64,000 nt of DNA from Spirochaetia bacterium (GTDB lineage: Bacteria; Spirochaetota; Spirochaetia; SZUA-6; Bin103): contig CBDBDQ010000005.1 in NCBI GenBank assembly GCA_965203905.1, positions 3,520,001 through 3,584,000 on the forward strand, read 5' to 3'. Below are positions 10,937-21,446 of this stretch, in pieces. The notes beneath the pieces were generated by a model. The model ran no database searches and was not told the DNA's origin. It saw only the letters and a program-made list of their open reading frames with translations. The first letter of the stretch is position 1; the number at the start of each line of letters is the position of its first letter. A program made the position numbers and the translations under genes.

Positions 10937-11143
10937 TCTTCGAGTGCTCGTGCTGGGCGGATGGCGGTGCCCGGCGGCCAACTCCGTGCGAGCCGCCGCC
11001 GGGGCAGGCGGCCGACGCCGGACAGGCCGGGCCGGCGCAGGGGGAGTTCGGCGCAGCATCAGCCGAGGAGTCCGCGCGGGCGCCTGGCGCGCTGGCGCAC
11101 GCGCATTAGGCCTCGGCGCGACGGACCCCCGGCCGCAATCAAT

Positions 11144-12463
11144 CTACTCGATGTTCTTTTCTGCTGCGCTATGGATGAACTCTACGGCCTCCTCCGGCGT
11201 CATCGTAAATGCGGTGACCTCCTGGGCTGCAATGTCCCACGCTCCGGCCGCCATCTCTTGCGGCCAATTTGAAAAGTGGGTAACAACCCCACCCTTGTCG
11301 CCGTTATCCTTGATCAGTCTGGCGGTCAAAGGATCCACGCTTGCGGCGATATCTGCCTCACTGAGGTTGGTGCTGGATGAAATCAAGCCGGCGGAAAATG
11401 AGAACTTGGCGTACTCCGGCTGCAGCATGTTGTTGAAGAAGTCCAGAATCGCGTCCAGCTTGTTACCAGAAGTGTATGCCGGGATGGTAAGACTGTTCGC
11501 ATACGACGCCGGGAAGGTGGTGTTTCCGGCGTGCTCGGGCATCAGGAAGTAGTCGAGAGCCAGCTCCGGCGCCTCTCCGTTGACCAGCCCGACCGCCCAA
11601 GAGCCCGAAGAGTACACGGCCGCTCTCTGTTCCGTAAAGGCCAATCTTCCGGCACCATCATCGAGCGTGTTGAAGCCTTTAATAAACATCCCTTCTTCGG
11701 TCATTTTCTTCAGAAATCGGAACACTTCAAGCACGCCATCGGACTTCATCAAGTCCAGATTCGCCCTCTTTTCCTGCGCAGAGAGGTTCCTCCAGTTCAC
11801 CAGAGTCTGATAGGTATCGGCCGGTATCAGACGCAGTGCCAGAGACTCGGAAAGCTGTCTGATTGTCCACTGCCACTTGTTCCCGATAGCCCAGGTAGCG
11901 TAGTCAGCTGCTTTCAGTTTCTCCGAAATCGAAAACAGATCCTCCAGTGCACCTGGAGCGGCGACGCCCACCGAGTCAAAGATCTCCGTGTTGAAGTAGT
12001 TGATCCCATACATCACGAAGTCGATGCTCAGGAAGTACAAGTTGCCATCCCTGGCAGTCAGCTCCTTGGCGGCGCCGGGATACTGCTGATCGTACCAGTC
12101 GAATTGCTCGTAGTACGGCGTCAGATCCACCAGCAGGCCCTTCTCGCCAAACGACTGGGCGTCGGCATGACCAATGAGGAAGAGGAAGTCGAGTTCCTCT
12201 GCACCGCTCGCCAGAGCCGCCGGCACGATGTCATTCAGATTCTGCATCTCGAACGCAGAGACCTTGAAGGTCACGTTGGGGTTCTGTGCCGTATACAGGT
12301 CAAACATCGGCTGTAGTTCGTCATTTATCTGGCCGGCCTCAGTCCACACCGACAGGGCAATCGGACCGGTATCCGTGGCTGCCTCCTGCGGCGCACTCGC
12401 CCCGAGATCCAGCGCGACCAGGAAAGTCACGAGCGCAATCGTTAATACAGACAAAGGTTTCAT
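11144..12463 (-). CDS. Carbohydrate ABC transporter substrate-binding protein
   Basis: N-terminal signal peptide; NPNVTFK, GLLVDLTPY, YFNTEIFDSVGV; sits upstream of two sugar permeases. Confidence 0.88.
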   Translation of the reverse strand: MKPLSVLTIALVTFLVALDLGASAPQEAATDTGPIALSVWTEAGQINDELQPMFDLYTAQNPNVTFKVSAFEMQNLNDIVPAALASGAEELDFLFLIGHADAQSFGEKGLLVDLTPYYEQFDWYDQQYPGAAKELTARDGNLYFLSIDFVMYGINYFNTEIFDSVGVAAPGALEDLFSISEKLKAADYATWAIGNKWQWTIRQLSESLALRLIPADTYQTLVNWRNLSAQEKRANLDLMKSDGVLEVFRFLKKMTEEGMFIKGFNTLDDGAGRLAFTEQRAAVYSSGSWAVGLVNGEAPELALDYFLMPEHAGNTTFPASYANSLTIPAYTSGNKLDAILDFFNNMLQPEYAKFSFSAGLISSSTNLSEADIAASVDPLTARLIKDNGDKGGVVTHFSNWPQEMAAGAWDIAAQEVTAFTMTPEEAVEFIHSAAEKNIE

Positions 12464-12513
12464 TCGTCCTCCAGTAGCCTATCGAGATTCCAAAGTGGGC
12501 CTAGCCCACAACC

Positions 12514-14595
12514 TCACGCCCATTCGATCGCTAGCATCTGGTATATCGTCAACTCATCTATCCGTATTTTCACCCAGTGGTCATCGATCTGGTATTCCAG
12601 GGGCGTCACATCCGGGAGCAGTAGTACCCTGCCGACCTGTCGGTGTCGCAGGTTGACGGCAACAGAGAAATCGCGTACGGGAAGCACGCGTCGGCGCTCC
12701 TGCAAGTTGATGAGGTGCAAGATGTGTCGTTTGTTATCAGGTTGTTCGAACAGGGTAATCTCGACGTCAGGAGGCGCATCTGAACGAAATGAGAGCGGTT
12801 CCGGGTGGCCACATTTCAGCAGGTCCAGGAAGATACTTCGATGGGGCTCGTTGTCGATGCGCTCCAGGCCGAACGAGGACCACATGATGGACCCTCTTCC
12901 GACTCGCTTGGCGATGATCGAGGGATGCTGGGTATGAACTCCGGGGGGATCGGAGTGGATGGCGGCGAAGCGTGTGCCATCGTGTGGAACGGTGTACGGC
13001 AGCAGCATCGTGGCCAACACCGACACCGGTTCGAGAACCTCGACGACGGCTTGCGGTGCGTGCACGGAAATCGCGACTCCCTCGTCAGCGTCGCGGAAAA
13101 TGCCCGCGCCTGCGGTCGTGGGTGAGAAGTAGGTCAGAGTCTCCTCGGTCATTCGAAGACACTTCACGCCAAGAACCGTGCCAAAGTGCTCAGCCGCCCT
13201 GGCACCGCTCAGGAACAGGTGCCCGCCGTTCCGGACGTACTCCGAAAACGCAGCAATCTCCTCGTCGTCGAATCGGTCAATCGACGGGAGCACGACGGTC
13301 CCATACTTGGAGAGGTTGGCAATGAGTTTCTTGGTAATCACGCCGAACGGACAATGGCTCTCTTTCAGGGCTGCAGTGGTCGCCATGGCCGACTCGATGT
13401 GAGGTATCGGATCTTCGATAATGTCGCCCACGTATAGCAACGCACGACTGCCGCTCTTGTCCAGATCGATTTTCGAGTTGAAGCTGAAGTATATGGCTAC
13501 ATCCTCCACCAGCGTTCCGCCGAGATACGGTTCGAAACGTTGCGACTCCCCGAATACCTTTCCCACGCGCTGGTAAACGGCAGGGTTAAGGGAACCGTCA
13601 GGATCAATACCGTCTATGAAAAGAAAAGCCGTGTTGTGGGCCAACGCCAAGTAGGTGTGCGAACGCAGAATATCCTCGCTCTTCAGCGTTGTGTGCTCGA
13701 ACAGGTCGGGATAGCAGCGTGAGGTATGGTACTCGGTGGGAAAGTTCCTGGTCAGGTTGTAGTATAGTTTGCACACGAACGACTGGTCGATGTATCCGTC
13801 GAATCGATCGCCTCCAAGATAGTCGTGGGCGTCGGCCGAAGTGTGGTCGATACCGAGCAGCCAACTGTACAGAGCCAGGGCATAGTTGTGTTGCACGGAC
13901 AGGCCGTCGCTGAGAGCCTTGACGTGATTCGAGAGATCAAATGAATACTCGGCCATCCAGTCGATCCGCTTCGCCTGAAACTCGGTCCAGGATGGATCGT
14001 CCCAGTCTATCTGCTCGGGTATGTTACCGCCTATTTCCGTGGCATACCTTCGGTGACAGTCGTCGCAGTAGCAAACCACCGGCCAAAAGCTCATGTCCAG
14101 GTACATCCCGTTGAATTCGTAGGTCTCTACAAGCTCCGTCAACTGAGCCTTAATGAAGTCCCTATGTGGAATCGAGTTCGGGCAGCACAAACCGTACCGA
14201 TTCGTTAGCAGCGGTCTTTTCCCGGGATCCCTGGAGTGGCCGCCTTCCAGATCGACCGTTCGCCACTGCGGATGTTCATCATATGCCCAGTTGTTGAAGA
14301 TGGCGCTGTAGTAGACTACGGTCGAGATGCTTTCGCTGTTGCAAAGACCCAGGAGCTCGCCAAGTATATCTCTTCCATTGAGGTTTCGGTGCATGCGACC
14401 CGTCGTGGTCGGCCAGTAACACAGTCCCACCGATGAATTTGCGTATATCATCGCGGTCTGTACTTTCGCCTGCTTGAGGAGCGTGACGTAGCGAGTGGCG
14501 TCGAACTTCGCCAGGAACGCGTCGTTCCAGTCGTCGATGTGCATGTCGACCAGATTTCGTCGGTAGCTGTTTGCGTACCAGTGCTTGGTCTTCAT
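12514..14595 (-). CDS. Putative glycoside hydrolase (GHL6/alpha-fucosidase-like TIM barrel plus beta-galactosidase-trimerisation-like domain)
   Basis: LVDMHIDDW, GLCYWPT, AYDEHPQWR, FNGMYLDM, CYCDDC, EYVRNGGHL. Confidence 0.7.
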   Translation of the reverse strand: MKTKHWYANSYRRNLVDMHIDDWNDAFLAKFDATRYVTLLKQAKVQTAMIYANSSVGLCYWPTTTGRMHRNLNGRDILGELLGLCNSESISTVVYYSAIFNNWAYDEHPQWRTVDLEGGHSRDPGKRPLLTNRYGLCCPNSIPHRDFIKAQLTELVETYEFNGMYLDMSFWPVVCYCDDCHRRYATEIGGNIPEQIDWDDPSWTEFQAKRIDWMAEYSFDLSNHVKALSDGLSVQHNYALALYSWLLGIDHTSADAHDYLGGDRFDGYIDQSFVCKLYYNLTRNFPTEYHTSRCYPDLFEHTTLKSEDILRSHTYLALAHNTAFLFIDGIDPDGSLNPAVYQRVGKVFGESQRFEPYLGGTLVEDVAIYFSFNSKIDLDKSGSRALLYVGDIIEDPIPHIESAMATTAALKESHCPFGVITKKLIANLSKYGTVVLPSIDRFDDEEIAAFSEYVRNGGHLFLSGARAAEHFGTVLGVKCLRMTEETLTYFSPTTAGAGIFRDADEGVAISVHAPQAVVEVLEPVSVLATMLLPYTVPHDGTRFAAIHSDPPGVHTQHPSIIAKRVGRGSIMWSSFGLERIDNEPHRSIFLDLLKCGHPEPLSFRSDAPPDVEITLFEQPDNKRHILHLINLQERRRVLPVRDFSVAVNLRHRQVGRVLLLPDVTPLEYQIDDHWVKIRIDELTIYQMLAIEWA

Positions 14596-14720
14596 CTGGT
14601 GTTCCCGACGATGCTACGGGGGAGTTGCCCGAAGATGCCCTCGACCGCATCGCGGATGCGTCTCAACACGGACGCTTTTGAAGTCTCTAGTGCGTGCCTT
14701 CGGCTGTGGCTGACAACTGC

Positions 14721-15482
14721 TCATCGGCGCGCGTCGACGTAGCCGGCACCACGGCTGCCGGGCTCGCCCCGTACCAGGTAGACCGGTATGTCGTGCTCCT
14801 CGACGTCCACCCAGGCGGTATCGGTACTGCAGTAGCGGATGGTGTAACCGGCTCGCCGGCGCTTGGTATGGTTCGTGCCGCTACCATGAATCAGGAACGA
14901 GTCATGTATGGACAGGGCGCCCGCCGGCATTGACAGGGTCACGGCCGACGCCTCCATTTCGGAAGTTGCGGAAACCTTCCATGGCAGCATCTGGTCCGCG
15001 CTCGCGTTCGGTACGGTCTCGTATTCACGATAGCCGGTGTGAGAGCGGGGAATGACCTGCATGGCGGAGTTGTCCACGTCGGCATCATCCAGCGCCAGCC
15101 ACACCGTTGCCACGTCCGTCCCATGCACACTCGGCCAATAGTTGTTGTCCTGGTGCCATGCCACCGCGTCCGTCGAATGCGGCGGCTTGATGAACACGCT
15201 CGAGTACACCAGGATCAGATTCGGTCCCAGTATCGTGGCGACCGCATCAAGCAGCGGCGGGTGGCGACAGATGTCCAGCCAGCGTTGGTCCAGCGTGTGC
15301 GGCTCCAGTAGCTGATTCGGCTCCTGAAGCATGTCGGAGTCAATCGCATCCTGAAGCAGGCGACGGTTTGCCGCGATGGTGGCGTCGTCGAAAACGCGAG
15401 GAAAGAGGCAATATCCTTCGCGCTTGAACAACAAGGGATCGCGGTTCACCACGGGGCCGCCGTTAGCGGCTGGCTCAGGCAT
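14721..15482 (-). CDS. Phytanoyl-CoA dioxygenase (PhyH) family protein
   Basis: FIKPP..WHQD, VWLALDD, VIPRSH, IHGSGTN..RRAG. Confidence 0.9.
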   Translation of the reverse strand: MPEPAANGGPVVNRDPLLFKREGYCLFPRVFDDATIAANRRLLQDAIDSDMLQEPNQLLEPHTLDQRWLDICRHPPLLDAVATILGPNLILVYSSVFIKPPHSTDAVAWHQDNNYWPSVHGTDVATVWLALDDADVDNSAMQVIPRSHTGYREYETVPNASADQMLPWKVSATSEMEASAVTLSMPAGALSIHDSFLIHGSGTNHTKRRRAGYTIRYCSTDTAWVDVEEHDIPVYLVRGEPGSRGAGYVDARR

Positions 15483-15729
15483 GGTGCGGTAGGTCAGGAG
15501 CCGTACCCGGAACACCGGCCCCCGGTCGACGCGGCAGTGGTTGCGGTTTCGCAAACCGACAGGAGCGCTGGGACGTGTAGTCACCCGTCACCGTGCCCAT
15601 CGAAAACACCGTACGAGACATGCTATCGAACAGTCAACCGGCAATGGCACGTCATGCCGGTACGGCGCGTGTGGGGCGCACGACCCATGACGCCAAGCGT
15701 GGTGTCGGGTTCTGGGTGCCGCCGCGAGG

Positions 15730-16632
15730 CTATGCGGGAGCGGGGCGCTCGCCGGCACCGTCGAGGCGGCGCTTGGCCTCGGCGTAGGTGTCGGCCGGCA
15801 GCGGGCCGCGTGCGACGGCGGCGAGGTTCTCCTGCAGGTGCTCGGAGCGCGTGGTGCCCACGATGATGGTGTGGGCGAACGGATGGCTCAGGGTGTACCG
15901 GAGCACGAACGCCGAGCGGCTCTCGCCGGGGTCGCGCAACTCGTCGAGCCCGGCGCGCTCGAAGGTCGCCCAGGTGTCGCCGCGGCCACGCCCGCTGCCG
16001 GGCTCGCCCTGTGCCACGCCGCCGCGGATGATGATCCCCACGCCCGCCTGCCCGGCACGCGTGATCCAGTCCTCGTGCTTCCGCTCGAGGGCGGAGTAGG
16101 GGATCTGCATCACGTCGAACACGCCCCAGTCCAGGTAGGTGGGCAGGTGCGGCAGCGTGCTGGACACGCCGATGAAGCGCACCCCGCCGCTGCGTTTCAT
16201 CTCCCGGAGGGCATCCACCAGGCCGCCGGCCTCGCACTCGGCCACGGTGGGGTTGTGGAGCTGCATCACGTCGACGCTGTCGCGTCCCAGTCGCGCGAGG
16301 CTGCCTTCCAGAGCGCGGAACAGGTTGTCTCGGGTCCACACGTGGTCGGAGTTGTTCTCGGTGGGGCGGCTTTCGGTGCAGCCGCACTTGGTGGCGAGGC
16401 TGAACTCGCCGTAGCGGTGGGCGATGAAAGCGCCGATGCGGCGCTCGGCCTCAACGTAGTCGTAGGCGGTGTCGAGGAAGTTGATGCCGACGTCCAGCAC
16501 TTCGTTGAGCAGCCGGTCCGCCGCCTGATCGGTCCAGTGCGGCTTGGTCGGGCTGTACAGCGCGGTGCCGAAGCCGAGCCTGGTCACCTCGATGCCGGTG
16601 TCGCCAAGGGTCGTCGTGGGGAGCGTTGCCAT
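15730..16632 (-). CDS. Aldo/keto reductase
   Basis: LGDTGIEVTRLGFG, GINFLDTAYDY, LATKCG, SLARLGRDSVDVMQLH, RFIGVS. Confidence 0.9.
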   Translation of the reverse strand: MATLPTTTLGDTGIEVTRLGFGTALYSPTKPHWTDQAADRLLNEVLDVGINFLDTAYDYVEAERRIGAFIAHRYGEFSLATKCGCTESRPTENNSDHVWTRDNLFRALEGSLARLGRDSVDVMQLHNPTVAECEAGGLVDALREMKRSGGVRFIGVSSTLPHLPTYLDWGVFDVMQIPYSALERKHEDWITRAGQAGVGIIIRGGVAQGEPGSGRGRGDTWATFERAGLDELRDPGESRSAFVLRYTLSHPFAHTIIVGTTRSEHLQENLAAVARGPLPADTYAEAKRRLDGAGERPAPA

Positions 16633-16743
16633 GGCGGCCATCATATGCCACCCACCTCCGCGGCGCGAGCGGCCGCCGGAGCTCCTCATTGACAGCGCTG
16701 CCGTGCGATCAAGCTGCGCAGCGTCGCGTATATTCAGCACGAC

Positions 16744-17292
16744 ATGGCACCACGGATCATCACGTTGGCGGGTAGCGCGCGCCGGGAGTCGCTGAACAAG
16801 CAACTGGCGCGGATTGCGGCGGTACGCGTCTCCGCGCTCGGCGGGGAGGGCGTGTTCCTCGACCACGCCGACTACCGCATGCCGCTGTACGACGGCGACT
16901 ACGAGGCCGCCAAGGGGGTGCCTGACAACGCGCGCGCCTTTGGCGAGCAGGTGGCGTCCGCGGACGGACTGATGATCGCCTCACCCGAGTACAACGGCTC
17001 GCACCCCGCACTGCTGAAGAACACCATCGACTGGCTCACCCGTATCGACCGCCGGATCTGGGTACGCCCCACGGCGCTGCTGAGCGCATCGCCGGGGCCG
17101 CGCGGCGGGCGGCGGGCGCTGGTGGTGCTGCGCCTCGCCTTCGACCACATGCGCGTGCCCGTGCTGGAGCGGCAGTTCAGTCTGCCTTCGGCGCGCGAGA
17201 CCATGACGGGAGACGCGCTGAGCGATGCAGCCAGGTTGGAGGAGCTGGACCGGCTCGTGTCCGAACTCCTGACCGCTGTCGGAGCCCGCTGA
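16744..17292 (+). CDS. NADPH-dependent FMN reductase
   Basis: GSARRESLN, SPEYNGS, LKNTIDW, SASPGPRGG. Confidence 0.92.
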   Translation: MAPRIITLAGSARRESLNKQLARIAAVRVSALGGEGVFLDHADYRMPLYDGDYEAAKGVPDNARAFGEQVASADGLMIASPEYNGSHPALLKNTIDWLTRIDRRIWVRPTALLSASPGPRGGRRALVVLRLAFDHMRVPVLERQFSLPSARETMTGDALSDAARLEELDRLVSELLTAVGAR

Positions 17293-17367
17293 GCCGGCGC
17301 CCCGGTTCCCCCCGGTTTCCATGGAGCTACCAACCACGGCAGCTCCGGTGCTATCCTGCGGCTTGCC

Positions 17368-18384
17368 ATGGCCAATCGAATGAACCGTGCCTGGACGCTG
17401 GCGGCGCGGCCGCACGGCGTCCCCAAGCTATCCGACTTCGCGCTGACCGAGACGGCGGTCCCCGACCCCGGCCCCGGTGAGGTGCTGATCGCGACCCACT
17501 ACCACTCCCTCGACCCCTACATGCGCGGCCGCATGAACGCCCCCAGCGGCGCCAGCTACGCGGCGGCGGTGCCGATCGGCGGGGTGATGGAGGGAGATGC
17601 CGTGGGCGAGGTGGTGGCCTCCAACTCCGACCTGTTCGCGGTCGGCGATTTCGCCATGGGCAAGATCGGCTGGCAGGAGTACGGGGTGATGGACGCCCGC
17701 GACGTGCGCAAGATCGACCCCGGCGCAGCGCCGATCTCGACCTCGGTGGGGATCCTGGGGATGCCGGGACTGACCGCCTACCACGGACTGTTCGAGGTGG
17801 CCAAGCCGGTCGCCGGCGACACGGTGGTGGTGACCGCCGCCTCCGGCGCCGTGGGCGCAGTGGTGGGCCAGCTCGCCAGGCACGCCGGCTGCCGCGTGAT
17901 CGGCGTCGCCGGCTCGCCCGACAAGGTGGCCTACGTGGTCGACGAGTTGGGCTTCGACGCCGCCATCGACTACAAGACGGAGGATGTGCCCGCGCGCTTC
18001 CGCGAGCTCTGTCCGCGCGGCATCAACGTCTACTGGGACAACGTCGGGGGGCCGGTCACCGACGCCGCCATCGACCAGATCGCGGTGTTCGGCCGCGCGG
18101 TGATCTGCGGCCAGATCGCCTTCTACAACGCCACCTCGCCGCCGCAGGGACCGCGCAACATCCCGCGCATGCTGCTGACCCGCCGCGCCCGCATGGAGGG
18201 TTTTCTCGTGTTCCAGTTCGTCAACAAGCACGAGGAGGCGCTGGCACGGCTCGGGGCCTGGATACGTGATGGGGTGCTGAAGTACCGCGAGGACGTGGTC
18301 GAAGGCATCGAAAACTCACCCGAGGCATTCATCGGCCTCCTCGCCGGCGCCAACTTCGGCAAGCTGGTGATCAAGGTCCGCTAA
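17368..18384 (+). CDS. NADP-dependent oxidoreductase (MDR family, CurA/YncB-like)
   Basis: SLDPYMRGRM, GMPGLTAY, AASGAVG, DNVGG, GANFGK. Confidence 0.92.
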   Translation: MANRMNRAWTLAARPHGVPKLSDFALTETAVPDPGPGEVLIATHYHSLDPYMRGRMNAPSGASYAAAVPIGGVMEGDAVGEVVASNSDLFAVGDFAMGKIGWQEYGVMDARDVRKIDPGAAPISTSVGILGMPGLTAYHGLFEVAKPVAGDTVVVTAASGAVGAVVGQLARHAGCRVIGVAGSPDKVAYVVDELGFDAAIDYKTEDVPARFRELCPRGINVYWDNVGGPVTDAAIDQIAVFGRAVICGQIAFYNATSPPQGPRNIPRMLLTRRARMEGFLVFQFVNKHEEALARLGAWIRDGVLKYREDVVEGIENSPEAFIGLLAGANFGKLVIKVR

Positions 18385-18390
18385 CCTCGC

Positions 18391-19509
18391 TCAGCGCCAG
18401 CCGTCGCGCGACCAGCGCTCCACCGCGGCGTCGTCCAGCACCACCCCGAGGCCCGGCTCCTGCGGCAGCGCCAGGCCGGCGTCGCGGATCTTCAGCCGCG
18501 TTCGAAAAACCTCCATCAGGTTGAGCACCTCGGTGTCGGGAAAGAACTCCACCCAGGTGGCGTTGGGGGTGGCTGCCACCAGGTGCACGTGCAGGTCCGC
18601 CAGCCAGTGCGGCGCCACCGTCACCCCGCGTCCCGCGGCCAGCGCCGCGATGCGGCGGAACTCGGTGACGCCGCCGCACACCCCGGCGTCGGCCTGCAGG
18701 ATCGCGGCCGCGTCGAGGTCGAGGATCTGCTGGAAGTCCCAGCGCGTCTGGTGGATCTCGCCGGTGGCGATCGGCGGCTCGACCGCGGCGGCGACCGCGG
18801 CGTGGGCGGCCAGCTCGTCGGGCGGGTTCGGCTCCTCCACCCAGCCCAGGTCGTACTCCTCCCAGCGGCGGATGGCGCGGATCGCGGCGGTGGCGTCGGG
18901 CCAGGCGTTGTTGGCGTCGGTGAACAGCTCCACCTCGGGGCCGATGGCGTCCCGCACCGCGGCGATGCGGGCGGCGTCCTCGCGCGCGCTCACCCGGCCC
19001 ACCTTGATCTTGACCGCCGCGAAGCCGCGCTCCACGTAGCCGGCGCACTCGGCGCCGAGGTCCTGCTCGCCCTTGCCGGCCAGGTAGTAGCCGCCGCTGG
19101 CGTAGGCCGGCACCACGTCGCTGCGTGCGGCCCCCAGGTAGCGGTATAGCGGCAGCTCGGCGGCCTTGGCGCACGCGTCCCACAGGGCGATGTCGATGGC
19201 GCTCATGGCGCGCACCACCGCGCCGCGGCGGCCCATCAACAGGGCGTCGCGGTACATGGCGTCCCAGATCGCCTCGGTCTGGTGCGCATCGCGGCCCACC
19301 ACGTGGCCGGCCAGCAGGTCGCGCACCGCGCCGGTGACCAGCCACCCCGCGGCGTTGCCGCAGTAGCAGAAGCCCAGCCCCTCGATCCCGCCTTCAGTGG
19401 TCACCTTCACCAGGGTGTAGTGGCGCTCGCGCACCGTGCGGGTGGCGAACGAGGTGACGTTGCGCAGCGGGATGACCAGGGTGGCAGCGGTGAGCGCCGT
19501 GACCTTCAC
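18391..19509 (-). CDS. Mandelate racemase/muconate lactonizing (enolase superfamily) enzyme
   Basis: SAIDIALWD, AYASGGYY, KIKVG, DAN, EEP, ATGE; GTG start with GAGGAG RBS. Confidence 0.9.
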   Translation of the reverse strand: MKVTALTAATLVIPLRNVTSFATRTVRERHYTLVKVTTEGGIEGLGFCYCGNAAGWLVTGAVRDLLAGHVVGRDAHQTEAIWDAMYRDALLMGRRGAVVRAMSAIDIALWDACAKAAELPLYRYLGAARSDVVPAYASGGYYLAGKGEQDLGAECAGYVERGFAAVKIKVGRVSAREDAARIAAVRDAIGPEVELFTDANNAWPDATAAIRAIRRWEEYDLGWVEEPNPPDELAAHAAVAAAVEPPIATGEIHQTRWDFQQILDLDAAAILQADAGVCGGVTEFRRIAALAAGRGVTVAPHWLADLHVHLVAATPNATWVEFFPDTEVLNLMEVFRTRLKIRDAGLALPQEPGLGVVLDDAAVERWSRDGWR

Positions 19510-19519
19510 CCCGCGCTCC

Positions 19520-20236
19520 TCACTTCTTGACGTACTGGTGGCCGCCCATGATGGCGCGCACCTGCTCCACACCCTTGGCCTGGAGCAGGCGGTTGACCCG
19601 CTCTTCTTCGCTCTCCAGCAGCAGCCTGGCGTTGGTGACCACCTCTTCCAGGCGCGCCGCCGGGAACTTCACCGCGCCGTTCTCGTCCATGTGCACGATG
19701 TCGCCGGGCGCCACGTCCATGCCGCACAGGCTGACCGGCACCTGCACCGCCTGCAGCGCCTGCGGGCCGTGGCCGGCGCAGATGCCGCGGGTCAGGTACT
19801 GGAACTGCATCGGCCGGATCTCGTGGATGTCGCGCGAGGGTCCGTTGCTCACCGCGCCTACCGCGCCGCACGCCTTCAGCGCCGAGGTCATGTTGCCGCC
19901 GGCCAGGCCCACCTTGTCCGCCAGCTCCGGCGGGAAGCGCTGCTCGAAGCAGAAGATGGAAGGCTTGCCCAGCTTGTCCGCCTCCTCCAGCACGTCCATC
20001 AGGGTCGGCCCCGAATAGCCCGGATCGGTGACCCCGTAGGTGCAGGTCACCGCGTAGCCGGCGACCGGGCCCAGCTCCGGGTACCAGCACCCCAGCCGGT
20101 TGTCGGTGTACCAGTTCGCCTCCCACGGGTGGTACAGCTCCAGGCACAGCTCGTTGCCGGGATAGGTCGCCACCACGTTGGTCACCGTGGGCGTGTCGAT
20201 GTTCTTGAGTTGCTCCAGCAATTCCAATTCTGTCAT
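19520..20236 (-). CDS. RraA/HMG aldolase family protein
   Basis: DTPTVTN, GYAVT, GGNM, GPSRDIHE, PGDIVHMDENGAV. Confidence 0.85.
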   Translation of the reverse strand: MTELELLEQLKNIDTPTVTNVVATYPGNELCLELYHPWEANWYTDNRLGCWYPELGPVAGYAVTCTYGVTDPGYSGPTLMDVLEEADKLGKPSIFCFEQRFPPELADKVGLAGGNMTSALKACGAVGAVSNGPSRDIHEIRPMQFQYLTRGICAGHGPQALQAVQVPVSLCGMDVAPGDIVHMDENGAVKFPAARLEEVVTNARLLLESEEERVNRLLQAKGVEQVRAIMGGHQYVKK

Positions 20237-20263
20237 GTAATTAGCTCCTTGTTGTTCGAGTTG

Positions 20264-21064
20264 TTATTCGACGCCGACTTCCGCCGAGTAGTCGCGCTGG
20301 TAGGTCGGGACGATGGTCAGCTCCGGTATCACGGTGCGCTGCGGCAGCTCAGCCACCAGCACGATCGCCCGCGCTACGTCTTCCGCCGTGGCCATGGTGG
20401 CGCGCGCCTCGGCGCTGGGGTTGATCGGGCGCTTGTCCAGGATCGGCGTGTCGACCTCGCCGGGGATGATCACGCTGGCGCGCAGGCCGCTGTTCTTGTA
20501 CTCGTTGTTCAGATACTTGGTGAAGTTGATCACCCCCGCCTTGGCGGCGGAGTAGGCGACCCCGCCGAGCTGGCTGCCGATGACGCCGGCCATCGAGGCG
20601 ACGTTGATCACGGTGCCCTCCCCGGCGGCGAGCATGGTCGGCACCACCGCCTGGGTGCAGTAGATGGTGCCGGCGAGATTGGAGTCGACGGCGCCGCGGA
20701 TATCCTCGGGGGTGGTGGTCTGCAGCATGCGGTGGGGTGACGCGTGGCCGGCGTTGTTCACCAGCACGTCGATGCGGCCCCAGCCGTCCAGCACCTCGGC
20801 CGCCATGCGCTGCACCGCGTCGCGGTCGGCGACGTCCAGGCTCACCGCCAGCGCGCTGCCGCCCGCGCCCTCGATCTCGCCGCGCACCGCCGTGAGCTTG
20901 TCCCGGGTCCGGCCCACCACCACGACGCGCGCCCCGTGCGCGGCCATCAGCAGCGCGCTGGCGCGGCCGATCCCGCTGCCGCCGCCGGTGACGATGCAGA
21001 CCTTCCCCTGCAAACCGGTCCGAACCTGGTGGCCGGCAGGCGATGCCTGGGTATCGATGCTCAT
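20264..21064 (-). CDS. Short-chain dehydrogenase/reductase
   Basis: TGGGSGIG, NNAG, YSAAK, PGEVDTPIL. Confidence 0.92.
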   Translation of the reverse strand: MSIDTQASPAGHQVRTGLQGKVCIVTGGGSGIGRASALLMAAHGARVVVVGRTRDKLTAVRGEIEGAGGSALAVSLDVADRDAVQRMAAEVLDGWGRIDVLVNNAGHASPHRMLQTTTPEDIRGAVDSNLAGTIYCTQAVVPTMLAAGEGTVINVASMAGVIGSQLGGVAYSAAKAGVINFTKYLNNEYKNSGLRASVIIPGEVDTPILDKRPINPSAEARATMATAEDVARAIVLVAELPQRTVIPELTIVPTYQRDYSAEVGVE

Positions 21065-21304
21065 GGCGTTCTTCTCACGGAGTGACCGTGCCTGCTCATG
21101 CGCCAAACCTATCACAGAGTCCCCGCAGCGGGCAGGCGTAGCGGCGGCCGGCAGCGGCGGTGGTGACTCATTTTGGAATCTCGCCATCGTGAGGGCGATT
21201 CCGGTGGGTCTTTGGGGGGATGGGCCTGGCGCCGCTGGCGTCCATCGCCACGCCCAACACATACCCGAATGGGCGGGCCGCTGGAACGTGGATATGCGGT
21301 AAAC

Positions 21305-21359
21305 TATAATACACGTGATACTGATGTATCAGCGGCCAGAATCTGTATCACTTGTATCA
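21305..21359 (+). promoter_or_regulatory. Putative promoter -10 (TATAAT) followed by TGATAC/GTATCA operator-like repeats
   Basis: TATAAT 21305-21310; palindrome TGATAC-N4-GTATCA 21316-21331; two more TGTATCA at about 21344 and 21353. Confidence 0.45.
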
Positions 21360-21446
21360 TGGTCCCGAAGGGGCGCAAATTGGGTAACAATAAGGATTTG
21401 ACGCGTTTATGCGCCGCATCCTATATTTGCAATCCGCAGGTGGGTA

